Shown here: one piece after another, positions 1 through 12,607 of the stretch
How positions within the stretch are numbered: position 1 is the stretch's first letter
Layout: every line of letters starts with the position of its first letter
NCBI RefSeq assembly: GCF_006345805.1
Contig: NC_043004.1
Span: 25,048,001-25,112,000 of the forward strand
Direction of reading: 5' to 3'
DNA: 64,000 nt
DNA from: Octopus sinensis
Lineage: Eukaryota
The notes under the pieces: generated by a model
Seen by the model: the letters and a program-made list of their open reading frames with translations, nothing else
Told to the model about the DNA's origin: nothing
Databases searched by the model: none
Made by a program: the position numbers and the translations under genes

Positions 1-610
1 TGCTCTCAGCTATGGTCACCATCCAGTGTCAAGTTGATCACAGAACTTGAGGCGATCCAACGAAGCTACACGAAGAAGATAGCCTCTGTGCAGCATATGA
101 GCTACTGGGAAAGACTCAAGATATTAAAGCTCTATTCCCTGGAGCGTAGGCGAGAAAGATATGCCATAATATATATCTGGAAGATCCTGGAAGGACTTGT
201 CCCAAACTTTGGCATCGAGAGTCACACAAATGCCAGAACCGGACGCCACTGCGTAGTACCAAGGACTCCAAATTTGCCATCAAGATGTAGGACAAGATAC
301 TGTGACAGCCTGGGCTTCAGAGGCCCACAGCTCTTCAATATCCTCCCGAAGAACCTGAGGGACCTGCATGGTGTAGATGCGGATGTCTTTAAAGTAGGAC
401 TGGATCTCTTCCCGTCAGGTGTCCCGGATGAACCAACCTCACGGCAGGAGGTGCAGATGAGGGCAGCTGCATCGAACTCTCTCATGCATCAGATGGCGTT
501 TGCTAAAAAGCATCCGTGAGGTAAAATCGTGTAGCAAACCAAATGGCGGTGCCCCAGCATGGCCACAGCTCATTAGCTGAAACTAGAAAAATCAAAAATC
601 AAAATCAATC
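1..610 (+). mobile_element. 3' end of a CR1/L2-group LINE (ORF2 C-terminus to 519, 3' UTR stem-loop, (AAAATC)n tail)
   Basis: ORF 34-519 reads LEAIQRSYTKKI...YWERLKILKLYSLERRRERYAIIYIWKIL, a typical CR1/L2 ORF2 C-terminus; hairpin cagct-catt-agctg at 566-579; short tandem tail at 587-610. Confidence 0.85.
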
Positions 611-724
611 ATATATGCGTATATTTATATATTATTTATATTATTATATCATCGAACACCACGCATCCTTTTCCAAGTAAGTTTTACACACACACACACA
701 TAAATACATACACACACAGACACA

Positions 725-852
725 CGACGGGTTTCAGTTTTCATCTACCATTGGCCCGAGGCTATAGTTGAAGACACTTGCCTAAAGTGCCGCTTAGTGT
801 GAGAGAACGTGGAACCATGTGGTTGTGAAGCGAGCGTCTTACCACACAGTCA
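725..852 (-). mobile_element. SINE family 1 (tRNA-derived head with CORE-like box), 5' fragment
   Basis: Reverse complement matches the head shared by the other copies (tgtgtggtaag...caaccacatggttcc...ggcaagtgtctt). Confidence 0.75.
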
Positions 853-855
853 TAC

Positions 856-886
<31 letters not shown>

Positions 887-967
887 CAGCATACATACAT
901 ACATACATACATATATACATACACACACACATACACATACACACACATATATATATAATATAAAATA

Positions 968-1209
968 AAAATAGGACAAGAACGCAAAACACCCAGACAT
1001 ACGATACAAAGAAAACAAGGACGGGTCATTCGGATTTTTCTTCCTCAGTCGAGTTCCAGATTATCTTTGCAATTTCGACTGGTTCCACTCGAGATTGCTC
1101 CAATCTGGCCAGCCGCAAGGAAAAACTAAGCTAAGAGCACTAGATTCCTTGGAAGAAAGCAGCGTATTTCATATTGTTTACGTTTTGTGACGTCCTATAC
1201 CCATATATG

Positions 1210-1212
<3 letters not shown>
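968..1212. mobile_element. Non-autonomous interspersed repeat (PLE-like), flanked by microsatellites
   Basis: Reverse complement resembles 25500-25735 and 58750-58880; the end gtgacgtcctatacccatatatgcat is shared with 57300-57325. Confidence 0.55.
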
Positions 1213-1254
<42 letters not shown>

Positions 1255-1334
1255 GTAAATATGTACATATATCTATATATGCATATATGTGTGTGTGTGG
1301 GTGGGGGGGTGCGTGTGGGGGTGTGCGCGCGCGT

Positions 1335-1541
1335 GTTTGTGCGTCTATGTTTGTCCCCCCCAACATCGCTTGACAACCGATGCTGGTGTGTTTACGTACC
1401 CGTAACTTAGCGCTTCGGCGAAAAGAGACCGATGGAATAAATACTAGGCTTACAAAGAATAAGTCCTGGGGTCGATTCGCTCGACTAAAGGCAGTGCTCC
1501 AGCATGGCCGCGGTCAAATGACTGAAACAAATAAAAGAATA
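1335..1541 (+). mobile_element. SINE family 1, 3' half
   Basis: gcttgacaaccgatgctggtgtgtttacg...ccagcatggccgcggtcaaatgactgaaac tail, shared with the other copies. Confidence 0.85.
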
Positions 1542-1608
1542 CATTTATATATAAACACGCGTGTGTATATATGCTCAGTATGTTAGTATGTTATATATAT
1601 ACGTCAGT

Positions 1609-1840
1609 AAGGCGGCGAGCTGGCAGAGATATTAGCACGCCGGGCGAAGTGCTTCGCGGTATGTCGCCCGTCGCTACGTTCTGAGTTCAAATTCCGCCGA
1701 AGTCGACTTTGCCTTTCATCTTTTCGGGGTCGATAAATTAAGTACCAGTTACGCACTGGGGCCGATGTAATCGACTTAATCCGTTTGTCTGTCCTTGTTT
1801 GTCCCCTCTATGTTTAGCCCCTCGTGGGCAGTAAAGAAAC
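1609..1840 (+). mobile_element. SINE family 2 (Meta/MESC-like central domain), full length with TSD
   Basis: aaggcggcgagctggcaga...gagttcaaattcc (B-box)...gcctttcatc..cggggtcgataaattaagtaccag; flanked by the direct repeat atatatatacgtcagt. Confidence 0.85.
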
Positions 1841-1889
1841 ATATATATATACGTCAGTGTGTGTATGTGTGTATATCGTATGTAGTTGC

Positions 1890-2187
1890 GTACGTACGTA
1901 GATACATACATACAAACGTACGTACGTACGTACGTACGTACGTACGTACGTACGTACGTACGTACATACATACATACATACATACATACATACATACATA
2001 CATACATACATACATACATACATACATACATACATACATACATACATACATACATACATACATACATACATACATACATACATACATACATACATACATA
2101 CATACATACATACATACATACATACATACATACATACATACATACATACATACATACATACATACATACATACATACATACATACAA
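1890..2187. repeat. Compound microsatellite (TACG)n-(TACA)n
   Basis: Seen directly. Confidence 0.95.
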
Positions 2188-2830
2188 TAAAGAAAGCTGT
2201 ATATATAATACATCTAGCAGCATTGTTTTATCATGGGTGTAGCCTCTAGAATTCATATCATTACAACAAAAGCAAAACAATACCACGGAAAGTAAGACGA
2301 AGAAAGAGCAAAATAGAGATCTGGCATATGAAGGACTGAGAGAGAGAAAGAGGTGGGTGAGAGAAACACTGAGAGTGTGAGAAGGATCTATATTTCTCTC
2401 TCTATTTTGATAAAGAGAGAAAGAGTGAAAAGGATAGATATAGGGATGAGCTAGCAATATGAATACAACGGATATCGCATCTGTGATGCATACGTAAAGG
2501 TAGATTGAGAGATCCAAAGATAGTTAGATAGACAATGTTTTTATGTATACTGTTTTCTGTTAAGACAGTCTACTTGTATATGTTGTTCTAGTTTCATTGA
2601 ACGGTATATTTATAGATGGTGCATTGGTTGACCGTTAGAATGTTGAGTAGATTGCTTTTTGCGGATTTTTTTTTTTGCTCTCTGATTTCAAATTTTACCG
2701 AAGTCAGTTCCTGTTGCCTCTTTAAGGATCGTTAAATAAAGTACAAGTCTCATACTCAATTCGATTCTTCCTTTCCCTTCTTGATTTTGTTTTTTGTCTC
2801 AGTGTTTCTCCTTTTGGGAAAAGAATCGTC

Positions 2831-3113
2831 TATATTCAGGCCTGGAAGAACTTTGGGCCTCTGAGGTCCTGACACCCCTATGATTCCCTCAAAAGACTGT
2901 GGAATTAAGACAAAGTAAGAGCCAGGTATATATAGATAGCAGGATAGGTAGACTGGTAGATTTCCTCAGTATATATTCAGACCTGGAAGAACTTTGGGCC
3001 TCTGAGGTCCTGACACCCCTATGATTCCCTCAAAAGACTGTGGAATTAAGACAAAGTAAGAGCCAGGTATAAATAGATAGCAGGATAGGTAGACTGGTAG
3101 ATTTCCTCAGTAT
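2831..3113. repeat. Near-perfect tandem duplication, 141-bp unit x2
   Basis: Units start tatattcag at 2831 and 2972. Confidence 0.9.
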
Positions 3114-3259
3114 ATAGATTTTTTTCGATAGACAGAAAGATAAAGATTGGCAGGCACAGCATCGGGTATGCAGATTTCTTCAATGCATGCGTTTTTCTAA
3201 TTAGAGATAGTTAGATATCACTGTATAAATGTATTATTGATCAGACCACCATATGCTGT

Positions 3260-4262
3260 TAAACACCGCTTGTCACAATGCACTTCCAATTCTCTCTTGA
3301 TTGCGCCAGTCTTTTCCATCTCGACTCAAATTGCTCGACTAAATCGGTTTCCCATCATCGTAGAGGCCTTCTAAGTGGCCTTTTCCGATCTCTTGTATAC
3401 CATTCGGCAACTGCACGGATCCACCTGTCATCTGTGAACCTTGCGACATGTCCAGTACAGCGGAACTTGCGCTTTCGGTGCTCTGCGATCACATTGTTTA
3501 CTCCGCTCCGTTCTCGAATTATCTCATTTCGAATGTGCTTTCGTAAGGATATTCCGATCATGGGTTTTCTCATGGCCTTTTGCGTCGTAACCAATTGATG
3601 TCCTATCCTTTCCGTAAGTTCACGTCTCGCTTGTGCATAAGAGCGCAGGTAGGACGGTGCTATTGAAGACTTCGGTACGTATGGTATTGTCTGGCTTTGT
3701 GTTAATTACCTTCCATCCTGCCCTTATTCTCTTTGAAACTTCAGCATCCATATCCAGGCGCATTTTCACTGTGTGCCGCAAGTAAACCTGCTCCTTTACC
3801 TCCTCGATTTCATCGCTTCCCTCTTCTCTCTGGCCTTGTACTACGCCTTTTCGGCCGCATATATTTTGTATTCAAGTGGTTAATTTTAAAACTTACTATT
3901 AAGTTCTGAGTGTGCAGCTCTGTCAGCATGGTCTGCAGCTGGTATGTGATTTCAGAGATGGGTACAATGTTATCAACAAATCAGAGGTGTGTCAGTTGCT
4001 CGCCATTGATGATTCACAACACTTGTTCAGTTGATGTTCTTGATGACCATATCTAAATATGAGGCAAAGAGCTTTGGAGAGATGGTACTTCCTTGCTTGA
4101 TACCCTTCTCATTTAGGACCCTTACTGGTGGTGATAGCAGAGCTATATATATCGTGCATCCAGAGTTCGCATATCTGAGCAGTTTGATGTAATGCGCCGC
4201 GACAACTTGCTTTTCATCTCGACGCTATCGAAGACGTTTTTGTAATCAACAAAGGTGATATA
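3260..4262 (-). mobile_element. Decayed RTE-clade LINE (RT remnants plus C-terminal domain)
   Basis: FVDYKNVFDSVE and LFVDNIV RT motifs; TQKAMRKPMIGISL...IRNEIIRERSGV...GHVARFTDDRW...KRPLRRP is an RTE-type C-terminus; frameshifts and stops. Confidence 0.85.
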
Positions 4263-5140
4263 CGCATATTTAGATATAAAATGACAAATTATCAAAATGA
4301 AATAAAGGATGACACAAAGCAAAATAAGATAATGGCTGAATATCAACGTATTGATGAATTGAGTGTTAATTCATATTTGTTAACAGTTTTGAGTTTCAAA
4401 CTCTTCATGAGACAGACTTCTTGTATTTCCCGGCATACAGATCTAATTTTTCACTCTAAAATTTACTGTAAAAAAGAGTAGATCAATTTACACCTTAAAG
4501 CGACTTTGGAGGACCAAAAATTCCATTTGAAATGTAGTAGCATTCGGAAAAATTGTGACTTATGTTTGAATGTTTACATTATATGCTACGTCGACTTGTA
4601 TACCGCAAAATACAGTTTCAATAAATTGGCGACTTGTGACTTTGGTTAACTGCTTAGTTACGTTAATATATATATATATATATATATATATCCATATATT
4701 CAAATCTTACTGTCGGCTTAATATTCTTCTTATTGAAAGAAGCTTCCACGGAAATTTATCACGCGTATGCCTGCGTGTTTGACCTATGCCGTTCGTTGTA
4801 AAGGAGACAAGGAAATGCATAGAACACAGAAGTGCTAATGCGTTTTGTAGGCTTCCCATGAGTGATGATACTGATGTCGTTAATGCTCGTCCTGGACGAA
4901 TACAAGTAAAAGGTGAGAGAAAGACATGAGCTCGAAGAGAGTTACAAAAGATCAACGTTCATAGAAATAATGAGTGGACATAATGACTAGTGTGAGGAAA
5001 TGGTAGACTGGAAACAACAAGAATGGCGAGAGAAGTGAAGCAGGAAAATGTTCGAGTGGACACGATTTGACTCTGGCCAGTACCAAGGAGCAAAGGCTAA
5101 TAGAGTAGTGGTAAGCAGGGAGATGAACAAGCACATTTGA

Positions 5141-5330
5141 GGGTCAGAGGCTGGAACGGCATTTCGTCCATCTTTACGTTCAGAGTTCAAATTCTGCCGA
5201 GGACCACTTTGCCTTTCATCCGTTGAGGGTCGATGAAATACATACCAATCGAGCACGGGGGTCGATGTAATCGACTTAACCCGTCTTCGAAATTCTTCAC
5301 TTTGTGCCGAAATTTGAAACTAATATTAGA
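5141..5330 (+). mobile_element. SINE family 2, alternative 3' tail variant
   Basis: gagttcaaattctgccgagg...gcctttcatcc...gtcgatgtaatcgactta...ttgtgccgaaatttgaaac. Confidence 0.75.
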
Positions 5331-5451
5331 ATTAAGTTCTTAAACATGTAACGATACTGTGGAATGTATAGCATTCAGACGGCACATGCAGAAAAGGGGC
5401 TTGGAAGAATGTACCTCAGCAGTGCACATTTTTCCATACCTCCTTCAATGT

Positions 5452-5618
5452 CTACATTCTTCTTACAAAGTATTCTGCATCTGAGAGAAATGATAATTTG
5501 AGAATTTCCGCCAGGTAATTGGTTAAATATTTGAATTTCTGATCTACTGCTCCTTTGACTCTCATAGAGGACTCGTCATATCTATTTTTAGTCAATACAT
5601 AGCTTGTGAGCTTCTTAC
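5452..5618 (-). other. Candidate host terminal exon or recursive splice site (unverified)
   Basis: Minus strand reads tttttccttttttttttcAG|GTAAG; the frame after the AG is open for about 54 codons (KKLTSYVLTKNRYDESSMRVKGAVDQKFKYLTNYLAEILKLSFLSDAEYFVRRM*); no homology recognised. Confidence 0.25.
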
Positions 5619-5806
5619 CTGAAAAAAAAAAGGAAAAATTCTGTTGCTTGGTTTTATTAATCTAAGCTTGGTCTTCCTCTGAATGGCACAAATATAACTT
5701 AATCCTCTAAAGTACTCACAATCCGTCACTCACTCTTTCACTTTGAGCATGTGTGTGAGTGGTGTGAGGGGTATGTATGTGTGTATGCATATATCTATAT
5801 ATAAAC

Positions 5807-5849
<43 letters not shown>

Positions 5850-5864
5850 AATATATATATATAT

Positions 5865-6361
5865 GATATATTGTTATTTTCGGAAGGTCATATTGCCAGT
5901 TTAGCCAATAAAAACACACGCACTATATATTTGGTGTTATTTTGCTTCAGTGATATTTTTTTTACATTACTTATCTAATCTTATTCGGCCAAAGTTCTTT
6001 CGTCACACTCCTGTGACCGCATCAGTGGTCCTTTGTTTTCTTCTCACTTACTTGTGTCTCTCCTTACTAACGTCAGCCATTTTGTAAAATGGCTGACGGT
6101 TAGTAAGGAGAGACACAAGTAAGTGAGAAGAAACAAAGGACCACTGATGCGGTCACAGGAGTGTGACGACGAAAGAACTTTGGCCGAAATAAGATTAAGA
6201 TTAATGTAAAAAATAAATATCACTGAAGCAAAATAACACCAAATATATAGTGCGTGTGTTTTTATTGGCTAAACTGGCAATATGACCATTCCGAAATATA
6301 ACAATATCTGTTTCAACACACGACTTCACATAAAAAATCTTGCACAACAAATATTTAAACG
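5865..6361. mobile_element. Fold-back (palindromic) copy of a PLE 3'/pLTR segment with two HHR-like motifs
   Basis: Arms 5865-6083 and 6086-6308 are reverse complements; same sequence as 58535-58753 and 13475-13755; motifs at 5987-6031(-) and 6138-6185(+). Confidence 0.85.
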
Positions 6362-6395
6362 TATATATATATTATATAATATATATATATATATA

Positions 6396-7950
6396 TACAA
6401 TATGTTACATTACTCGGTAGTCAAGATAAAACTCTGAGTTTCAGATGCCGAAGTGGAAATCCACAACACCATCTCTTCGGTTATCTGGCTATTTGAAAAC
6501 GTTATGAAAAAATACCGTTAAAAATGAAGGGAAATTACTCTGTTATAACTCTGCTTTGCCTGCGTACTTATACATCGCTCGCATTTTTCGTCATAAAAAT
6601 TATATAAAAATACATAAAAATATATAAAAATATATAAAAATATATAAAATTGTCAATTTCTTAGACGTTTCCTTAGATCTTAATAATAATATTTATAAGC
6701 CTTATAGGAAGCCCAATGATAGACTAAGTTATATTAATGTAGGTTCATGCCATCCCCCTATAGTATTCAAAAAATTAGTTAAAAATATTAGTAAGAGGAT
6801 TTCTAGCCTCTCATCTAATGAGGACATCTTCAATAGCGTTGCCCCAGTTATATATAAAGCTTTAAAAGATAGTGGTTTTAGCGAAAAAATAAAAATACAC
6901 CTATCACCAGCCCAACAATAAGGAAAAGGAATAATAGAAATAGGAAGGTCATCTGGTTTACTCACCGAGGTGGCCTTCAATATAGGTAAATATTTCCTAG
7001 CGCACTGATAGATAGACATTTTCCAGTTAAACCATGCTTATAGGAAACTCTTCAATAGACACAATTTAAAATTAGTTTTAGTTCAACTACCAATTTTAAA
7101 ACATATAACAATCAAACATACAAAAACACAAGAAAGAAAACAGCTGTTCAGCAGGAATAAAGAATTGTGCCCGCTAAATGGAGCTTGCATGTCCAAGACC
7201 ATCATATATGAAGCTACCGTAAACTCTATAACCACTAAAGACACCGTTTCGACGAAAGAAATACGTGGGCCTGACAGAGGGTAATTTCAAAGGCAGGTTC
7301 AATAACCACACTTTGAGCTTAGGCACTGGAACAAAAGAAAAGCGACACAATTTATCCAATCATATTTGGTCTTTAAGAGATAAAGGTGTCGATTTATAAC
7401 ATACAATGGAAGATTTTGGCCAGATGTAAGCCCTATACTAACGGCAGCGGAAGGTGCGGTTTATGCGACATGGAGAGATGGCTTATCTGGAAAAGCAGCT
7501 TAGACCCTACCACATGTCTAAATACAAGGACAGAGCTTTCGGATCATGCCCACATGTGACTAAATTTCTGTTACGTTTTTGGTCCCCTAAAGAAAACGGA
7601 TAGAACATGCTTTCTGTGTATGTCCCAGAAGATTTTATATATTTTTATATATTTTATATATTTTTATGTATTTTTATATAATTTTTATGACGAAAAATGC
7701 GAGCGATGTATAAGTACGCAGGCAAAGCAGAGTTATAACAGAGTAATTCCCTCATTTTTAACGGTATTTTTTCATAACGTTTTCAAATAGCCAGATAACC
7801 GAAGAGATGGTGTTGTGGATTTCCACTTCGGCATCTGAAACTCAGCGTTTATCTTGACTACCGAGTAATGTAACATATTGTATAGATAAATTTCCTCTAT
7901 TTACATAATATTGAGGTCCCTTTCTTTCTTTGTTATCTTACCGCTTTATC
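6396..7950 (+). mobile_element. 5'-truncated Penelope-like element with an inverted copy of its 3' pLTR; RT thumb plus GIY-YIG pseudogene (about 6725-7600)
   Basis: INVGSCHPPIVFKKLVKNISKRISSLSSNEDIF; CPLNGACMSKTIIYEATV...YVGLTEGNFKGRFNNH...LSNHIWSLRDKG...CGLC...LNTRTE; 6396-6649 is the reverse complement of 7632-7882; flanked by (TA)n. Confidence 0.9.
6424..6486 (-). ncRNA. Minimal type-I hammerhead ribozyme motif (U4C variant); second copy at 7793-7854(+)
   Basis: agataa-CCGAAGA-gatg..catc-t-GAAA-ctcagag-TT-ttatct. Confidence 0.6.
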
Positions 7951-7999
7951 AATATATATATATATATATAAATCTGTATATATATATGTATGTATATAT

Positions 8000-8050
<51 letters not shown>

Positions 8051-8235
8051 ATATGTATATATGCGTGTATATATATCTGCATATATATGGATGTGTATCT
8101 ATTATCTATATTATGGATGTATATATGTATATGCATATATGTGTGTATACGTATATATATATATATATATATATAATATATGTAGTATATATAATAATAT
8201 AATATAATGTAATATAATATAATATAATATAATAA

Positions 8236-8600
8236 AGATGGCTTATTCGCAACTTACAACCGAAAGGCAGACGTATAGACGTCACTTAAGTGACTAAGGG
8301 TACCAATTAGCATTGCTAGAAAAGGGACTCAAAACAACTCATAACCACGAGAAAGCACTTATCTTATGACTGACAAGGGAGGCAAGCTCCCTACAACATC
8401 CGGTGCATAGCCAGATCACCAGTGATTTTGCATTTGATTAATGCTCGTCAGTGGCTCTCATCCGGCTGCCTAGGGTTAAGCTAGCTCACCCTGTCAGTTT
8501 ATAAGAGTTACCGTAGAAATCATACGCTGATTTCGTAAATAGTAGAAGTGAAAATTATAAATAATAACGGTGGCTCATTCGCAATTTACAACCGAAAGCA
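8236..8600 (-). mobile_element. Retrozyme/PLE-like unit of about 332 bp with terminal redundancy
   Basis: tggct(t/c)attcgcaa(c/t)ttacaaccgaaag at 8239 and again at 8571; contains an HHR motif. Confidence 0.65.
8409..8456 (-). ncRNA. Type-I hammerhead motif with G12A (probably inactivated)
   Basis: agcca-CTGACGA-gcatt aatca aatgc-AAAA-tcac tg gtga-TC-tggct; all three stems intact. Confidence 0.7.
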
Positions 8601-9090
8601 AAAGTAAGCACTCAGTATAGAGAAATAAATTTAAATTTCCAACAAGTAGATACCAGTAAATAGCATACAAATCCCGTGTAAATCCTTATGTATGACAAGT
8701 AAATCCAATAATCCTTTTGTAGAATTTTCAGAAATTCAGAGTATTAACAAGAATCAATAATATGTACGAAGAAAATCATATCTTTATTTTAGATCACACC
8801 TTAAAAATCCAACAATTGTTTCAATTGCATTAACATATTCATATATATATATACATATATATTCATACGCAAACACATATGCATACACAGATATACGCAC
8901 ATACACACATACACGCACATACACACCCACAATATTATGAAAATTAATAATTATATGTACAAAAATGTATGTAACAATATTATCAAGGTAATCCAAATTG
9001 GTGAAACTCTAACTGAACATCTGAAAAATTTCAGCTGTTAAAAAACGTTAACAAAAAGAAACAAATTATCTTTTAATTATCCACCGAGAA

Positions 9091-9330
9091 CATCAAGAAT
9101 TGTATATATTATTAATTATAGTAATTTTTCAATTATTATATAATAGTCTTAATGTCTATAAAAGGGTATAATATAAGAATGAATATGTATTTAATTATCT
9201 TATCCGTTATTTTTATTCTTTAGTCATCTAGCGTAATCATCAATAATTGTATATATTATTATTCATTATAACAAGTTTTCAATTATGATATAATAAGGTT
9301 AATTTCTATATAAGAGTTTATTATGAAGAT
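9091..9330. repeat. Diverged AT-rich tandem duplication (about 147-bp period)
   Basis: catcaa(g/t)aattgtatatattatta... at 9091 and 9238. Confidence 0.6.
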
Positions 9331-9697
9331 ATATGTATATATATATGTGTTAAAGTAGTTAAATTATTGCCCTAAAACTTTTACTGTATAACATTAAACG
9401 GATGTGAATATATCTTAATTTCTTCGTAGACAAAAAATAAAGGAGATTATCCTGACATGTTTGGTTCGTTGACTTCTCATTGAAAAAAAATAGAATTGAC
9501 CTCTAAGGAATGGTTAAAGTACTGTGAACCATATTGAAACAATTTCCTTTTATTTCTCTGAGTAGAAAGAGATAGGATGTATTTATATCAGTTTAAAGTT
9601 CCATAGCGAAAGAATTCAGAACTGTAGCGTAACTACTTTAAAACTCTTATCTTAGGTTTTGCAATACATGTTGTGCACAAATTACACACACACATAC

Positions 9698-9929
9698 TCT
9701 TTTACTTTTTTACTCTTTTACTTGTTTCAGTCATTTGACTGCGGCCATGCTGGAGCACCGCCTTTAATCGAGCAACTCGACCCCGGGACTTATTCTTTGT
9801 AAGCCCAGTACTTATTCTATCGGTCTCTTTTGCTGAACCGCTAAGTGACGGGGACGTAAACACACCAGCATCGGTTGTCAAGCAATGGTAGAGGGACAAA
9901 CACAGACACACACACACACACACACACAC

Positions 9930-9990
<61 letters not shown>

Positions 9991-10143
9991 TACAACAGGC
10001 TTCTTTCAGTTTCAGTCTACCACATCCACTCACAAGGCATTGGTCGGCCCGGGGCTATAGCAGAAGACACTTGCCCAAGATGCCACGTAGTGGGACTGAA
10101 CCCAGAACCATGTGGTTGGTTAGCAAGCTACTTACCACACAAC
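9698..10143 (-). mobile_element. SINE family 1, near full length, with internal (TA)n(TG)n microsatellite
   Basis: tRNA-like head (gggttcagtccc B-box), ttgggcaagtgtctt CORE-like box, internal microsatellite, 3' tail gcatggccgcagtcaaatgactgaaacaagtaaaagag. Confidence 0.9.
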
Positions 10144-10266
10144 CAAATATATATAAGTAACATATGGTATAATCATAAACAGCAAATTTTAGACATTTCT
10201 CCGAAGACTGAAAAAATGATGACCGACCTTAATTGATTTTCGATATATAAATGTCTGTGTGTGAGT

Positions 10267-10320
<54 letters not shown>

Positions 10321-10530
10321 ATGTGTGTGTATGCATACATATTCACGCGTATTCACCAACGTGTACAATGCTGGGTGGCCAAAGTTTCGAGCTAAAACAT
10401 TCATTCAGGCTCTCTCTATGTATTTTGAACATGAAATATGTATGTGCGTGCGTGCGTACGTACGTATGTATGTATATGTGTATGTATTATATATTATATA
10501 TATATATATATATAATATATATATATATAT

Positions 10531-10599
<69 letters not shown>

Positions 10600-10761
10600 A
10601 ATAACGGAGGCGTTATACGCAATATAATTCAGTTGTTACTTATGTGACTGAAGGTGCATTAGAGAATCTACATCGCTAGAAATAAGAGTTAAAAGCTCCT
10701 TAGCCACAAGGAAGTACAGTTCCATACACTGACAGGGAGATAACCGCCCCACAGCAAGCGA

Positions 10762-10814
10762 GATCACTATATTAGTCTAGTTTCGCTTAAAATTAAAGCT
10801 CATCAGTAGTGATC
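10762..10814 (-). ncRNA. Hammerhead-like motif with degenerate stem III, in a repeat (about 10598-10830) related to 8236-8600
   Basis: gatcacta-CTGATGA-gctt..aagc-GAAA-ctagactaata-tagtgatc; 8-bp stem I. Confidence 0.5.
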
Positions 10815-11703
10815 GCTGCGTCGCTGGATGTTTTGACAGATCTAGTTTTTTTTCATTCGCAAAATATGGAATTTTTTAAAGGAAGAAAAAAACCATGAAA
10901 ATTGGCTATAATAATGTAACCTTTCAGTCTCATTGTTTTGATGGTATGATGTTGCGGAGAAAAAAATTGGAGAAAAATGTTACAGAGGTATATTTAGCGA
11001 GACAGCGATTTTCTGCGTTTAACGGAGCGGTGTCAACTTTAAGGCTGTACCTTGTGAAATTTATAGTTTACGTCTGACCTGTTCATTGTAGGTTTCTAAA
11101 TAAACAGAAACGCTTAATAAAATCATGTATCATCTTACTGTTTCTTTTGTTTCTTTATTGATTGTATGTTTTCATCATTTAAAAAAATTGTTATATTAAT
11201 ATATTTGCATGCATGTGTTTACTTTATGCGTATTTCAGCATTATGTATACCTGCCATGTATTTATGTACATCATTAATATATAAGTGCATGCGTGTGTGT
11301 GTGTGTGTGTGTGGTGTGTGTGTGTATGAAAAGGAGGCGTCCAAAGATGAGTAACGTTTTCTGCTTGGATTTGTAAACTACGATAAGAATATCACTGGTC
11401 AACAAAGAATTTGTCTCAGCGAAAAGAATACCTGTATCTTAGAACTCATGGACAAGCGAGACAACTCACGACAGGTCCCGTTACAAGAGCGGTAGATATT
11501 AATGTTCCGTCGTCTTTCTGACTTATTAATACCTCGTATCCAAAACGAGGCTAGACGCGAGCAAATCGATCACTATGACTATATGCAAAATGCTTCTCAT
11601 TCATATTTGAATATATATATATATATAAGTTTATATATATTTATATATACATATACAAATATATGAATATTCACATATACCTACATACATATGTATGTAT
11701 GTA

Positions 11704-11831
<128 letters not shown>

Positions 11832-12211
11832 GTGACTGCTTCGAAGTTTAGCCACTACTGTCTTCTCAAAAACAGTGTTTACTAGCATCTAAGTTTCCTT
11901 ATATATAGTAATAATTGGCGTAGAAATGTAGGGGAATAGAAGCTGTAACACAAAAGGATAAATTTTCTTTGAAAATTGTAAAGAACAGAAAATACAAATA
12001 AAGGTGAGGAAATATTTAATCTACTTAGCAATCTTGGTAATAGTCTATTTTATTGGCTGTTAAGGTGAAGGTCTTTGATAGAGATATATATAAATAAAGT
12101 ATTCCGCGCATGACTGATTTTGTTTTCAGAAAAGAAAAAAAGGTGAGTGTACATAAATACAGAAAAACTATACGCTGATCTAAATAAGTCGTAGATATGT
12201 CCTAGATGTAT

Positions 12212-12404
12212 CTTTTATCTTTTAATTGTTTCAGTCATTTGACCGCGTTCATGTTGGGGCGCCATCTTGAAGGGATTTAATCGACTGAATCGATCCCAGC
12301 ACTTGCGTTTTTCGAGCCTGGTACTTATTATTCTATCGGTCTCCTTTTGCAAACGCACCAACACCGGTTGTCATGCGGTGGTGGAAGACAAACATAGACA
12401 CAAA

Positions 12405-12457
<53 letters not shown>

Positions 12458-12607
12458 CGGGCTTCTTGCCGTTTCCGTCTACCAAGTTCACCTATGAGGA
12501 TTTGGTCGGCTCGAAGCTATAATAGAAGACACTTGCTCAAGCTGCCATGCGGTGAGGCTGAACCCGGAACTATGTGGTTGAGAAGCAAGCTTCTTACCAC
12601 ACAGCCC
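12212..12607 (-). mobile_element. SINE family 1, older copy
   Basis: Head, internal (CA)n and tail are all recognisable. Confidence 0.85.
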
